Assembly: GCA_963726225.1 (NCBI GenBank)
Contig: CAVSBN010000005.1
Span: forward strand, 127,372 to 191,371
DNA length: 64,000 nt
Source: an uncultured Chloroflexia bacterium
Lineage (GTDB): Bacteria; Chloroflexota; Dehalococcoidia; Dehalococcoidales; UBA2162
Reading direction: 5' to 3'
The stretch's first letter is position 1. Every line of letters begins with the position of its first letter. Positions 46,658-56,977 of this stretch are shown here, one piece after another. The translations under genes and the position numbers were made by a program. The notes beneath the pieces are model-generated. The model searched no databases. It worked only from the letters and a program-made list of their open reading frames with translations, and had not been told where the DNA came from.

Positions 46658-46730
46658 CCACCGTGAAGTGATATGATATATTTATAAAGCTCAGCGGGCA
46701 CAGGAGTGAACTGAGAAGGGAGGTGCCGGT

Positions 46731-47918
46731 ATGAGAAAGGTATATTTAGATAATGCCTCGACTACCCCTCTACTGCCTGAGGTTCGTGATGCTATGTTAC
46801 CTTACCTTGGCGAGCATTTCGGTAACCCCTCCTGTCTCCATGACTGGGGCGATGCCGCCCGGGAGGGAATGGAAAATGCCCGAGAGAAGGTAGCCGAGCT
46901 TATCGGGGCGGATTCTGAGGAAATAATCTTCACCGGCAGCGGCACGGAAAGCAATAACTTTGCCGTCAAGGGGCTGGCCCTGGCCCAGCAGAACAAGGGC
47001 AAACACATAGTCGTCTCCGCGATTGAGCACTTCTCGGTGCTTCATTCGGCCAGAACTCTGGAGAAGTGGGGCTTTGAGCTGACCGAGGTGCCGGTGGACA
47101 AGTACGGCGTGGTCGACCCCGAGGATGTGCGGAAGAGCTTGAGGAAAGACACGGTGCTGGTCTCCATCATGCACGCCAATGGCGAGGTGGGGACTATTGA
47201 GCCAATCCGGGAGATTGCCAAAATCACGCAAGAACGCGGTGTTATCTTTCATACCGATGCCGTGGCTGCGGCGGGAACTATACCGGTCGATGTAGGAGAG
47301 CTTGGGGTAGATGCTTTAAGCCTGGCCGGGAACCAGTTCTACGGGCCGAAGGGAGTGGGCGCTCTCTGGGTACGCAAAGGGGTGCGCATCATACCTCTAC
47401 TGGATGGCGGTGTACAGGAGGGCGGACGGCGCGCTGGCACGGAGAATATCCCGGCCATTGTTGGCCTGGGCAAGGCGGCCGAACTGGCCAAAGCCAATAT
47501 GGCGGCCCGCGTGGCACATCTGACCAGGCTACGCGACCGCCTGTTGACGGAAATACCGGCCAGGATAGAGCGAGTCATTGTTACCGGGCATCCCAGGAAC
47601 CGTCTGCCCGGACATGCCAGCTTCTGCGTGGAGTTCATTGAGGGCGAGGCCATGCTCATGCTGTTAAGCAGTCAGGGGGTAGCCGTCACCAGTGGCTCGG
47701 CCTGCACTTCCCGGGCGTTGAAAGCCTCGCATGTGTTAATTGCCATGGGCCTGACTCATGCCATAGCCCAGGGCTCTCTCCTGTTCAGTTTCGGCCTTGA
47801 TAACACCAGTGAAGATGTGGACTATGTCCTTGAGGTGCTGCCGCCGATTGTAGACAGACTGCGGCAGATGTCACCACTTTATGCCAAATACATCAAAAAG
47901 GGCAAAGGAGGCAAGTAA
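46731..47918 (+). CDS. nifS: cysteine desulfurase NifS
   Basis: Intact 395 aa. [27 protein letters not shown]-Lys context, SGSACTS active-site Cys loop. Confidence 0.9.
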   Translation: MRKVYLDNASTTPLLPEVRDAMLPYLGEHFGNPSCLHDWGDAAREGMENAREKVAELIGADSEEIIFTGSGTESNNFAVKGLALAQQNKGKHIVVSAIEHFSVLHSARTLEKWGFELTEVPVDKYGVVDPEDVRKSLRKDTVLVSIMHANGEVGTIEPIREIAKITQERGVIFHTDAVAAAGTIPVDVGELGVDALSLAGNQFYGPKGVGALWVRKGVRIIPLLDGGVQEGGRRAGTENIPAIVGLGKAAELAKANMAARVAHLTRLRDRLLTEIPARIERVIVTGHPRNRLPGHASFCVEFIEGEAMLMLLSSQGVAVTSGSACTSRALKASHVLIAMGLTHAIAQGSLLFSFGLDNTSEDVDYVLEVLPPIVDRLRQMSPLYAKYIKKGKGGK

Positions 47919-47919
47919 T

Positions 47920-48312
47920 ATGCCGGTTTACAGTCAGAAAGTAATGGAACACTTCATGCATCCCCGTAATGTCGGGGAGATTGAGGATGCCGATGGTGTC
48001 GGCGAAGTCGGTAATCCCGTGTGTGGCGATATGATGACCTTCTACATCAAGGTCAAGGACAACCGTCTGGCGGACATCAAGTTCAAGACCTTCGGTTGTG
48101 GGGCGGCCATCGCTGTCTCCAGCATGGTCAGCGAGATGGCCATGGGCAAGACCCTGGAGGAGGCACTGAAAATCACGCCCAAGTCAGTGGCGGATGAGCT
48201 TGAGGGGTTGCCCAAGCAGAAATTCCACTGTTCTAATCTGGGAGCCCAGGCTCTACAGAAAGCCATTCAAGACTATCGGAGCAAAAAGGGAGAGGCAGGA
48301 GGGAAAAAGTGA
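47920..48312 (+). CDS. nifU: Fe-S cluster scaffold NifU/IscU-like protein
   Basis: MEHFMHPRNVG, NPVCGD, FGCGAAIA, HCS. ATG 47920 follows AAAGGAGG. Confidence 0.9.
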   Translation: MPVYSQKVMEHFMHPRNVGEIEDADGVGEVGNPVCGDMMTFYIKVKDNRLADIKFKTFGCGAAIAVSSMVSEMAMGKTLEEALKITPKSVADELEGLPKQKFHCSNLGAQALQKAIQDYRSKKGEAGGKK

Positions 48313-48515
48313 TGGCTAAGCAAAGCGTGAAGAAGACAGCGAAGAAGGCACTTCATTGTCCTTACTGTGATGAAGAGATTATGAAGGCCGAATTCCCCTA
48401 CTGTCAGGGTTGCGGGGTGACTATATTCTACTGTCCTAAGTGCCGGAAGCCGGTAGCCAGGGACAAAAGAATCTGCCCGCATTGCGGGGCTGAGATTAAA
48501 GGCGAGAAAGCTTGA
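48309..48515 (+). CDS. double zinc-ribbon protein (68 aa)
   Basis: CPYC...CQGC...CPKC...CPHC, four CxxC pairs. Translationally coupled to nifU (GTGATG overlap). Confidence 0.6.
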   Translation: MMAKQSVKKTAKKALHCPYCDEEIMKAEFPYCQGCGVTIFYCPKCRKPVARDKRICPHCGAEIKGEKA

Positions 48516-48527
48516 GGAGGGAGGATT

Positions 48528-49009
48528 ATGGCGGAGAAAGAGAAACTAACTATCGTTCTTTTCAGTGGTGACCTGGACCACGCCTTGTCCGCTTTCATGA
48601 TAGCGACCACGGGGCCAGCATGGGTATGGATGTCACCATGTTTTTCACCTTCTGGGGGCTGAATGTCATCAGGAAGAACGAAGGTAAAATCAGAAGCAAG
48701 GGACTGATGCGGAAGATGCTGAACATGATGAACCGGGGCGGCTCCAAAAGGTTGAAACTTTCCAAGTTCCACATGTTTGGCCTCGGCACCTGGATGATGA
48801 AGAAGCTGATGAAAGAACAAAACATGCCTTCCGTGGACGAACTCATAAAGATGGCCCAGGAGATGGGTGTGAAACTCATTCCTTGCACTAACACTTGCGG
48901 AATCATGGGAATATCTGAAGATACTCTCCGCGGCGGGATAGGGAGTGCGGCCGGCGCAGCCTTTTTCCTGAACGAGGCGCGCCAGTCAAAAGTGACCCTT
49001 TTCATCTAA
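48528..49009 (+). CDS. DsrE/DsrF-like (DsrE_2) sulfur-relay family protein; 1-nt deletion near 48608-48612
   Basis: MAEKEKLTIVLFSGDLDHALSAFMIATTG then shifts frame to ..SMGMDVTMFFTFWGLNVIRK... (ORF 48620-49009). The span is 482 nt, one short of a multiple of 3. Confidence 0.65.
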
Positions 49010-49019
49010 GGAGGGGGAA

Positions 49020-49253
49020 ATGAAGTCAGACCAGAGCCTGGACTGTGTGGGGCTTTACTGCCCGATGCCGATAGTAAAAACGGCGGCCAAGATAAAGGAA
49101 CTGAAGGTGGGTGAGGTCTTGGAGGTGGTGGCCGACGACAAAGGGATAAAGCTGGACATGCCGGCCTGGTGCCAGACTACCGGCCATGAGTGCCTGGGGA
49201 TGGAAGAGAAGGGTGGGGAAATCCGGGTCTTTGTCCGGAAGAAGCACGATTGA
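49020..49253 (+). CDS. TusA/SirA-family sulfurtransferase
   Basis: LDCVGLYCPMPIVK CPxP motif. 77 aa. Confidence 0.8.
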   Translation: MKSDQSLDCVGLYCPMPIVKTAAKIKELKVGEVLEVVADDKGIKLDMPAWCQTTGHECLGMEEKGGEIRVFVRKKHD

Positions 49254-49274
49254 GAGCCGGGTGGGTGGTCTTGT

Positions 49275-49849
49275 CTAGCTTTTGGTGGCATAAGGCGGAT
49301 CTTTGACCAGTTTTTCCAGCACTTCATACCAGGTATAGTCAACCAATGCTACCTGGTTTGAGCCGGGTGCTCTCACGTAATAGTTGCTGCCCGTCCGGTG
49401 TCTTATCGCCCACATCTGCCTCTATGATCTGACTCTATGTCATCTTTGGGTTTGTAGATGACGGTTATTTTCATTGATGGATTGGTCAGCCCGTACTCAG
49501 CCAGTTGCTCATCGGTCTTGTAGCCAAGGTCGCGGCTGGCCCCAGGGCCGCTCAGTAATAACGCAGGGCCACTACCGCCGAATTGTGTCGCATTCACCGA
49601 CGAGTAATTTCCGTTTCCGTCATCAAAGAACCAGGGAAACTCGCTCCCCTGCGGTATTTTGATGAAGGACACGCTCAAATCCTCGCGGGGCAGGCTTATA
49701 GTAATGTGCGTGATATTGTCCATCTCAATGTCCCACACATACACGATGGATTTGGGTGGTGTGGTAGGCTCGGGACGGCTGACCAAGTAAAAAACGCCGA
49801 CCAGTACCGCCAGGATAACCGCCAGAATAACGATGTTTCTGAGTCTCAA
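49275..49849 (-). CDS. DUF4340-like protein associated with the GldG-type ABC system; two frame breaks (about 49395-49440)
   Basis: N-terminal TM anchor. Later pieces read ..IIEADVGDKTPDG / SNYYVRAPGSNQVALVDYTWYEVLEKLVKDPP, resembling the conserved DUF4340 segment. Confidence 0.45.
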
Positions 49850-49877
49850 GTGACTTCCTCCCCGGTATCCGGTCTCA

Positions 49878-51476
49878 TCACCTTCGGCGCCACCAGATTA
49901 TGCCGCCGATTATCAGTACCAGGATTGGCGGCAGGGCGAGACTGGAGTAGTTGATGAAGTTGGCCTCGCCCGGGTTGACCGCCAGTCGGCGGAAAGGCGT
50001 AACCGCGCGGTGAATGGTAATCAGTTCTGTCTCCTCAGCCAGCCAGTTTACCGAGTTAAGAAAGAGGTCGGCATTATTGACCTCTGCAAAATTCTGGTTA
50101 GAGGCAAAGTCAGAATCTCCAATGACAACTAGCCCAGTCAGTTTAGATTGCGCTGCCGATTGCCCTGCGGCAACATCTCTCGCCAGCGCGGCAATCATTA
50201 CACCAAGATAGATGGGTCCCTTCACATCTTTTCCATCTGTGAAGACAGCCTCTTTGGGCGGGTCATAGTCTTTTTCCAGCCAGCTTTCCTGGCTGGTCTG
50301 CACCAGTGGCTGTATCCTGACATCGGCCGGCGGTTTCTCTTGCGGGATTATACCTACCGCCCCGGGGAAGTAGGTTGTGGGCAAGCCAAAGGCGTCTCTT
50401 TCTGCCGGAACACTGGGTATATCCTTCTTCGGAGCCAGGTTTGAGGTGGGGTCAATCACTGTCCCATTCTCCAGATTCACGCCCCAGGGAGAGATAAGCT
50501 GGTTAATTCCGTCAGGGAAGTTGGGGTCGGTTAGAATCATGACCTGCCCGCTGGCCCTAAGGTAACGGTTGATGATTTCCACCTCGCCGGCGGTAAGGGC
50601 TGTTTGCGGCGCGGCGATTATCAGCACGGCACAGTCACTGGGGATGCTGGGGTTGGTGATAAGGTTGAGGGTGCCAATCAGGTAAAGGTCATCGCGTAGA
50701 CCATTGCGGGCATAACTGTAGTTGCCATTGATATCCGCCTCACCGTGTCCGGTGAGGAAATACACCTTTTTTTGGGCCACGCCGGTGACTTCCAGAATAG
50801 CGCTGGTAAAGGAATGTTCCGCTTCTATACCAACAATTTGCAGGTTACCTTCCTGGTCTGTGCTCGTTTGTATAATAGCCGTTGGCGGAACCAGTCGGTA
50901 TTGCCCGCTCTCATTTTCAAAGACGACTGTCTGATACTGGGTGATGCCATATTGTCTGGCTCGGTCGGGGTGTTCATCCGGGTCAATATATTCTATGGTC
51001 AATTTGTTGGTATAGTTCTTGTATTCCATGAGCAGGCTGGTGGCGTAGGTAGTGATACCATAAGTGTCCTTTTCGGACACAAAAAAGCATAGAGCCTTGA
51101 TTGGTTTTGTCACAGCACGCAGAACATCTTTTGTCTGCTCAGTAAGAGTGAATTGCCCCAGAGCGGTGGCATCAATACGCTGGTAATAGTTGATGCTGAT
51201 GCCATTGAGCAGAATGGTGATACCAATGAAGATTGATGCCATTACCGTCGTGCCAACGCCAAACCGTCCTCGCCGGCCGGTGAGGGCGCGGCTGACTCGA
51301 CGAAAATCAAGGACAAAAGCAGAGGCCAGCAGAATAATTCCCGTGCCCATTATGCCCCAGGCGGCCAGGCGAATCTCGGCCAGAAGCAACATGATGATGA
51401 GGCCAGCGAGTAAAGCCACCAGCCCCAGTACGGCCAGAAGTCCAGTATAGCGATATGGTTGCGGATTAGTCTGCAT
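49878..51476 (-). CDS. ABC-type transport auxiliary component, GldG-like
   Basis: 532 aa with N- and C-terminal TM anchors flanking a large periplasmic domain. Sits downstream of the ABC-2 permease and ATPase, as in gldAFG-type systems. Confidence 0.65.
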   Translation of the reverse strand: MQTNPQPYRYTGLLAVLGLVALLAGLIIMLLLAEIRLAAWGIMGTGIILLASAFVLDFRRVSRALTGRRGRFGVGTTVMASIFIGITILLNGISINYYQRIDATALGQFTLTEQTKDVLRAVTKPIKALCFFVSEKDTYGITTYATSLLMEYKNYTNKLTIEYIDPDEHPDRARQYGITQYQTVVFENESGQYRLVPPTAIIQTSTDQEGNLQIVGIEAEHSFTSAILEVTGVAQKKVYFLTGHGEADINGNYSYARNGLRDDLYLIGTLNLITNPSIPSDCAVLIIAAPQTALTAGEVEIINRYLRASGQVMILTDPNFPDGINQLISPWGVNLENGTVIDPTSNLAPKKDIPSVPAERDAFGLPTTYFPGAVGIIPQEKPPADVRIQPLVQTSQESWLEKDYDPPKEAVFTDGKDVKGPIYLGVMIAALARDVAAGQSAAQSKLTGLVVIGDSDFASNQNFAEVNNADLFLNSVNWLAEETELITIHRAVTPFRRLAVNPGEANFINYSSLALPPILVLIIGGIIWWRRR

Positions 51477-52208
51477 TTAGCTCCACCGGCTGTTTTCTAG
51501 AGACCTGATAGCTAAAAATAGAAACAAAGCGATAATACTGAGATCGTAAATTATGCCTCGCGTGTCAATAATTCCCCGTACAAAGTCAGAAAAGTAGGTC
51601 GACGGTGAGAAGTAACCAATGACATTACCTAGTGTCTGGGGCAAGTTAGCGGCAGCCGTCCCCAGGAACCACAGGGCTAACAGAATGCCCCCAGCGACCA
51701 CTGCGGAGACAATCTGATTTGAGGTAAGCGACGAGGCAAAAATGCCGACAGCTAGCGAGATGCAGCCCAGCAAGAAAAACCCGAGATAACCGGTGCCAAT
51801 CGGTCCCATATCGGGGTCACCAAAGACGATTAGCATAATGGGATAGTAGATGGTGAAGACCAGCATGACCAGCAAAAGACCCATACTACCCAGGAATTTG
51901 CCGATAATTACCTCGCTGTCCCTCACCGGTGCCGTCATTAATAGTTCGATGGTGCCCAGTTTTCTCTCTTCGGCCAGGAGACGCATGGTGAGTAGAGCCA
52001 TTAACAGTAATACCACGGTGATATAGTAGTTGTTTCCCAGAAAACCGCTGATGCTTGTCGTGATAGAGGCAGCCGAGCTGTCAAAGGAGCCAAAATTGAT
52101 AAAGAACGAACCGGTACCCAATAGAAAGATGCTGGTAATAATATAAGCCATGGGCGAAGCCAGGTAGGACTTGAACTCCTTGGTGGCGATGGTCATGATG
52201 TTTCTCAC
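51477..52208 (-). CDS. ABC-2 type transporter permease
   Basis: 243 aa, 6 TM helices. Begins MRNIMTIATKEFKSYLASPMAYI, typical of the ABC-2/GldF-like N-terminus. Confidence 0.75.
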   Translation of the reverse strand: MRNIMTIATKEFKSYLASPMAYIITSIFLLGTGSFFINFGSFDSSAASITTSISGFLGNNYYITVVLLLMALLTMRLLAEERKLGTIELLMTAPVRDSEVIIGKFLGSMGLLLVMLVFTIYYPIMLIVFGDPDMGPIGTGYLGFFLLGCISLAVGIFASSLTSNQIVSAVVAGGILLALWFLGTAAANLPQTLGNVIGYFSPSTYFSDFVRGIIDTRGIIYDLSIIALFLFLAIRSLENSRWS

Positions 52209-53143
52209 TGGCTTGTTTCCTCAGTTTCTTCCTCGGTGGTCAGCTTCAGGAAGATGTCCTCCAGGCTCATTTCTACCGACTCAAGGGAGAGCAGGGTAAA
52301 GCCACTCTGCACAACGGCTTCGGTAATCTTGCTGCGCAGGTCCAATCCGGCCGGATACTCCACGATAAAATTAGAGTCGTGATAGGAGACTCGACTCACC
52401 CCTTTTATCTGGCGCAGGCGCTCGGCGATTTTCTTGGTCGGGCCTTGGACTTCCAGTCGGACGCGCCGGTAACCACTTACCAAAGAGGAGAGGTTCTCGA
52501 TGCGGTCTTCGGCGATAATCTTGCCCTCATTGATGATGATTACGCGCTCGCAAACCATGCTGACCTCGGGCAGAATATGTGTGGAAATAAGGACGGTGTG
52601 CTCCTTGCCCAGTTCCCGGATAAGCTGGCGAGTTGAGGCTATCTGGATAGGGTCGATGCCAATCGTGGGCTCGTCCAGAATGAGCACATCCGGCTCGTGA
52701 ACAATTGCCTGAGCCACGCCAACTCTCTGGCGGAAACCCTTGGACAGCTTACTGATGAGCACATCGAAGTACTCTTCCAGATGGCAGAGTTCAACCACAT
52801 CATCGACTCTCGACTTTACCCGGTCAGCGGGCAGGCCCCGGAGGCGGGCGAGGAACTCAAGATAGCCACGGATGGTCATATCGGTGTAGAGTGGTATGGC
52901 CTCGGGGAGATAGCCAATGTGGCGGCGGGCATCCAGGGAGTGGGTCAGGACATCATAGCCGGCCACTTTGACATCGCCCCGGGTTGGCGCCAGGAAGCCG
53001 GTCAGGATGCGCATGGTGGTCGTCTTGCCGGCGGCATTAGGGCCCAGGAAGCCGACAATCTCACCCTTCCCGACATTGAAGCTGATGTCATCTACTGCCA
53101 GGCGCTTGCCGTAGTATTTAGTTAGATTCGTGACCTGTATCAT
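52205..53143 (-). CDS. ABC transporter ATP-binding protein
   Basis: GPNAAGKTT, LSKGFRQR, LILDEPTIGID. Confidence 0.85.
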   Translation of the reverse strand: MIQVTNLTKYYGKRLAVDDISFNVGKGEIVGFLGPNAAGKTTTMRILTGFLAPTRGDVKVAGYDVLTHSLDARRHIGYLPEAIPLYTDMTIRGYLEFLARLRGLPADRVKSRVDDVVELCHLEEYFDVLISKLSKGFRQRVGVAQAIVHEPDVLILDEPTIGIDPIQIASTRQLIRELGKEHTVLISTHILPEVSMVCERVIIINEGKIIAEDRIENLSSLVSGYRRVRLEVQGPTKKIAERLRQIKGVSRVSYHDSNFIVEYPAGLDLRSKITEAVVQSGFTLLSLESVEMSLEDIFLKLTTEEETEETSQ

Positions 53144-53148
53144 TGCTG

Positions 53149-54182
53149 CTAACCGCTTGATGGAGTTGATGTAGGATTAGTCTTGGCCAGTTGCTGCATT
53201 ATCCAGTAATATGTTTCCATATCAAATGCACCACCGTCAAGGCCATACCAGGCGTGCTCGTGTTGCTTGCTCTCCTCATTCAGCCAGTTCTCGTAGGCCA
53301 GATCCTGCAGGGTCGGCAGATATTTGGCCTCCACCTCCCGGGCATGAGTCCTTTTCTGAGACCATGATGATAAAGTAGGCTGACGCAGGCGATGAAGCAT
53401 CAGCGTAGTAGGGCAGGGGGTCGCTGACCTCATTGATATTGAGGGAAAAGGCAGTGCCGTCGAAGGTGGTAACCCCACGGGGTATCCAACCGATGTCGCC
53501 CCCATTCTCCTTGGATTCCGTATCCTGCGATAACTCCTGGGCTAGGGCGGCAAAGCTTTCGCCGGCTTTTAGCCTGTCCTTCACCTTTAGCGCCTCCTCG
53601 TTGGTCGTCACTTGGATGAGATGAAGGTGGACCTGTTCGACTGCGGTTGGCATGTGCTCTACCAGATATCCCTGAAGGCGGGCCTTCATGAGATAAATGC
53701 CGGTAAGCTCCCGATATTCTGAATTGGAAAGCTTGTTCTCGTTGAGTCGCTGGCGGTACCATTCCTTGAATTCAGCCTCAGTGATAGTAATATTATCACT
53801 GCCGCTGGCTAGACGCCTCAGTTGTTGGTCAATATCCTGGTCAGTAACGGTAATTCCGTAGCGAGGCGCGCCCGACTTTAATGAGTTGCTCCTCGGTCAA
53901 TTGCTGGAGCATGGACATGGGGTCAGAATTGGCGAGCCGGGTTCTCTGCAGGAAGTAGTCCATGCGGATTTGGACGGTGTCGACACTAATTATCACCCGA
54001 CGGAAGGGAGCGACATAGGTCTGGTAATAGAACACCCCGAAGATAATGAGGATGACGGCGACAACGAGGCCGACAATAATATAGGCTGTCTGTTTGCCTT
54101 TCCGCTCTCGCTTTATAGCTAACCTGGTCGCGGTTGGCTCCGGCGCCTGGTCTACTGTTTTCTTTCTCTTAGCTTTAGGCAT
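53149..54182 (-). CDS. membrane-anchored parvulin-type peptidyl-prolyl isomerase (PpiC/PrsA-like); at least 2 frame breaks (about 53860, 53330)
   Basis: N-terminal TM anchor. Parvulin core HLHLIQVTTNEEALKVKDRLKAGESFAALAQELSQD..SKENGGDIGWIPRG. The fragments are contiguous in sense. Confidence 0.65.
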
Positions 54183-54343
54183 GTTTCACCTAGTCCAGTG
54201 GTTATTTTAGAGCATTAGACAGCTTGAGGTCAACGCCTAGCTTCGGATAGGCTTGTGGGGGTAAACCCAAGCCCAGTTTCCTGGGGGGACAAGCCCAAGT
54301 CACCCTGAGTCAATCAGGCCTCGTGGTCTGCTTGATGACTGGC

Positions 54344-55324
54344 CTAAAACGCTCGATGGCAGGCCACCCAGTGCTCGCCACCAATCTCTCTCAGTTCTGG
54401 CTCCTTCTCCTTGCAGGCATCTTCCGCCAGACTGCATCTCGGATGGAAATGACAGCCACGGGGCGGAAAGACCGGGCTGGGCACATCGCCGGTCAGGAGG
54501 ATGCGCTTTCGCTGACGGTCAACTGTGGGGTTGGGTATTGGAACGGCCGACAGTAAGGCCTGAGTATAGGGATGGAGCGGATTGCCGTAAAGCTCGTCAC
54601 TATTGGTAATCTCCATAATCTTACCGAGGTACATTACGGCCACCCGGTCGCTGATATGGCGGACTACGGAAAGGTCATGGGCAATAAAGAGGTAGGTGAG
54701 ATTAAGCTCTTCCTTTAGTCTCATCAGCAGGGTGATAATTTGTGCCTGAATGGAAACATCCAGAGCCGAGACTGGCTCGTCGCAAACGATGAATTTCGGC
54801 CTTACCGCCAGCGCCCGGGCAATACCAATGCGCTGTCGCTGACCGCCGCTGAACTCGTGCGGATAGCGCACGCTCATGTGAGGCTCAAGTTCTACCATAT
54901 TCAGTAGCTCGGCTACTTGCTCCCGGTATGCCTTGCCCTTGACCAGTTTGTGCACCAGAAGCGGCTCACCGATAATATCGCCACAAGTCATACGGGGGTC
55001 GAGGGAAGCATAGGGGTCCTGGAAGATTAACTGCATATTGCGGCGCATGCGCCGCAGGCTCTCGCCCTTTAGTTTGGTTAGGTCTGTTCCCTCGAAATAG
55101 ACCTCGCCGCCGGAGATTTCGTACAACTGCAAGATACAGCGCCCGGTGGTGGTCTTGCCACAACCGCTTTCGCCCACCAGACCGAGGGTTTCACCCTTCT
55201 TGATGTAAAAGCTGATATCGTCTACGGCTCGGACATCAGCCACCTTGTGCCGCATCACACCGGCCAGTACCGGAAAGAACATGCGCAGATTCTTTACTTC
55301 AACCAAGTATTCATCTTTTGCCAT
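54344..55324 (-). CDS. oppF: oligopeptide/dipeptide ABC transporter ATP-binding protein (OppF/DppF type)
   Basis: [29 protein letters not shown], and a C-terminal oligopeptide-transporter extension with Cys pairs. Confidence 0.85.
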   Translation of the reverse strand: MAKDEYLVEVKNLRMFFPVLAGVMRHKVADVRAVDDISFYIKKGETLGLVGESGCGKTTTGRCILQLYEISGGEVYFEGTDLTKLKGESLRRMRRNMQLIFQDPYASLDPRMTCGDIIGEPLLVHKLVKGKAYREQVAELLNMVELEPHMSVRYPHEFSGGQRQRIGIARALAVRPKFIVCDEPVSALDVSIQAQIITLLMRLKEELNLTYLFIAHDLSVVRHISDRVAVMYLGKIMEITNSDELYGNPLHPYTQALLSAVPIPNPTVDRQRKRILLTGDVPSPVFPPRGCHFHPRCSLAEDACKEKEPELREIGGEHWVACHRAF

Positions 55325-56277
55325 TAGCCAGCCTCCACTAGTTGTCGCACTTCACTGCTCCTGAAACAGGCAGCGTAGTGGTCCTTCCCGACCTGTTCTA
55401 GCGCGGGTCTCTCTTGCTTACATTTGTCGATGGCATATTTACAGCGCGGACTGAAGGCACACATGTTTATCGACAGGCGAGCGAGATTGGGCGGCAGGCC
55501 TGGAATAACAGTGAGGCCGTGTCTACGCGGTAAGTCCAGCCGTGGCACGGAAGCAATAAGCCCGACAGTGTAGGGGTGCCTTGGCTCGCCATAAATGACA
55601 TCGGTAGGACCTGACTCCACTAGTCGCCCGGCGTACATCACATTCACGCGGTCGACATACCGGGCGACGACGCCGAGGTTGTGCGTGATGACAATTACGG
55701 CCGTGCCAAATTGGGTTCTCAGATTATTGATTATTTCCAGAAGCTGGGCTTGAACGGTAACATCCACCGAGGTAGTAGGCTCGTCGGCAATCAGCAGTGC
55801 CGGATTACAGCTCAGTGCCATGGCAATCATTATTCTCTGCTGCATCCCCCCGCTAAATTGATGCGGATAATCACTGATCCTTCTTTCAGCATCAGGTATA
55901 CCCACCAGTCTCAGCAGTTTCACGGCTTCCTCAGTTGCGGCGTGTTTGTCCAGTCCACGGTGTAATTCTAGCGACTCTGACAGCTGGCGGCTTACCGTCA
56001 GCACCGGGTTGAGGGAGGTTGTCGGTTCCTGGAAAATCATGGCGATGCGGTTACCCCGGATATGGCGGATTTCCTCTTCGCTTACCTTGAGCAGGTCTTT
56101 GCCGTCGAAGATTATCTCACCGCCGACGATGATGCCTGGAGGGTAGGGGATAAGTCGCATAATAGAGAGAGCGCTGACGCTCTTACCGCAGGCGCTCTCG
56201 CCAACCAGACCAACGCACTCTCCTTTGTCGACGGAGTAGGACAGACCGTCAACGGCTCTTAATTCCCCGTCCTGCAC
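55324..56277 (-). CDS. oppD: oligopeptide/dipeptide ABC transporter ATP-binding protein (OppD/DppD type); true N-terminus probably about 13 codons further upstream
   Basis: [29 protein letters not shown]. The frame stays open upstream ([21 protein letters not shown]...) to 56319 without a canonical start codon. Confidence 0.8.
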   Translation of the reverse strand: MQDGELRAVDGLSYSVDKGECVGLVGESACGKSVSALSIMRLIPYPPGIIVGGEIIFDGKDLLKVSEEEIRHIRGNRIAMIFQEPTTSLNPVLTVSRQLSESLELHRGLDKHAATEEAVKLLRLVGIPDAERRISDYPHQFSGGMQQRIMIAMALSCNPALLIADEPTTSVDVTVQAQLLEIINNLRTQFGTAVIVITHNLGVVARYVDRVNVMYAGRLVESGPTDVIYGEPRHPYTVGLIASVPRLDLPRRHGLTVIPGLPPNLARLSINMCAFSPRCKYAIDKCKQERPALEQVGKDHYAACFRSSEVRQLVEAG

Positions 56278-56837
56278 ATAGAAGTAGGTTTTTAGGTCTT
56301 TGACTTCTAATATTTTATCTGCGATGGCTGTTCACCTCACTCAACTCAGGCTAGCACCGGGACTTAACCGCTCGCTATCTAATTCTAGCCTTGAATAACT
56401 CTCAAGTCAACCAGTGCCCGGTCTTTTGCCTGTTATTTTCCGCAAGCAAGAGTATCCCTCTTGCCTATCGTTCCAACCTTCGTATTTCGTGGTGGTTTCT
56501 AATATTTGTAGAAACATATAACTGCGACCAGACGGCGAGAAACAGGGTAGGTATGATTAGTAGTAGCCGTCTGATGACATAAGCGCGCACACTATCCCTC
56601 TCACGGTTCGTTGGGTTTAAGACGGAGTCCCGTCGCCCTCGTGGAGGCGACTATCCCCTCTCCCATCCCGACTGACAAGTCGGGGCTAGAAAAGCTTAGA
56701 GTACGAGCGATGGCTTTGTCCCTGCCTCTCAACGGGGAAACTGACCCTCCCTTCGGTAGTTCGTCTTGAGAAACAATTATGCTTTTATAACATAGCCATC
56801 TACACTTGTCAAGTCGGCTCGGCACTCGCTGGTTGGC

Positions 56838-56867
56838 TTGACGCTAACCTTACCCCTCTGTTAGAAT
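56838..56867 (+). promoter_or_regulatory. sigma-70-type promoter upstream of the enoyl-CoA hydratase gene
   Basis: TTGACG, 18 nt, TAGAAT. Confidence 0.45.
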
Positions 56868-56977
56868 AGCGAAGTGTGTCAGCATGCGGTAAGCATGCCG
56901 GGGAAGTGGTATCCCCCTCATTAGGTCACAATTGAGCGACTGCCGTTGCTCAGAAATTATGAAAAAGGAGGTTAGTT

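Noticed and set aside
48600-48640. The TGA terminating the N-terminal DsrE-like piece, considered as a possible Sec codon. DsrE-like selenoproteins do exist.
   Set aside because: The conserved continuation (MGMDVTMFFTFWGL) is in another frame. The total span is 3n-1 nt, which fits a 1-nt deletion in a G run.
56391-56825. ORFs 56391-56582 (+) and 56601-56825 (-) in the oppD/crotonase intergenic region.
   Set aside because: They have no RBS and odd composition. They overlap a degenerate palindromic repeat and the promoter region, so they are probably non-coding.
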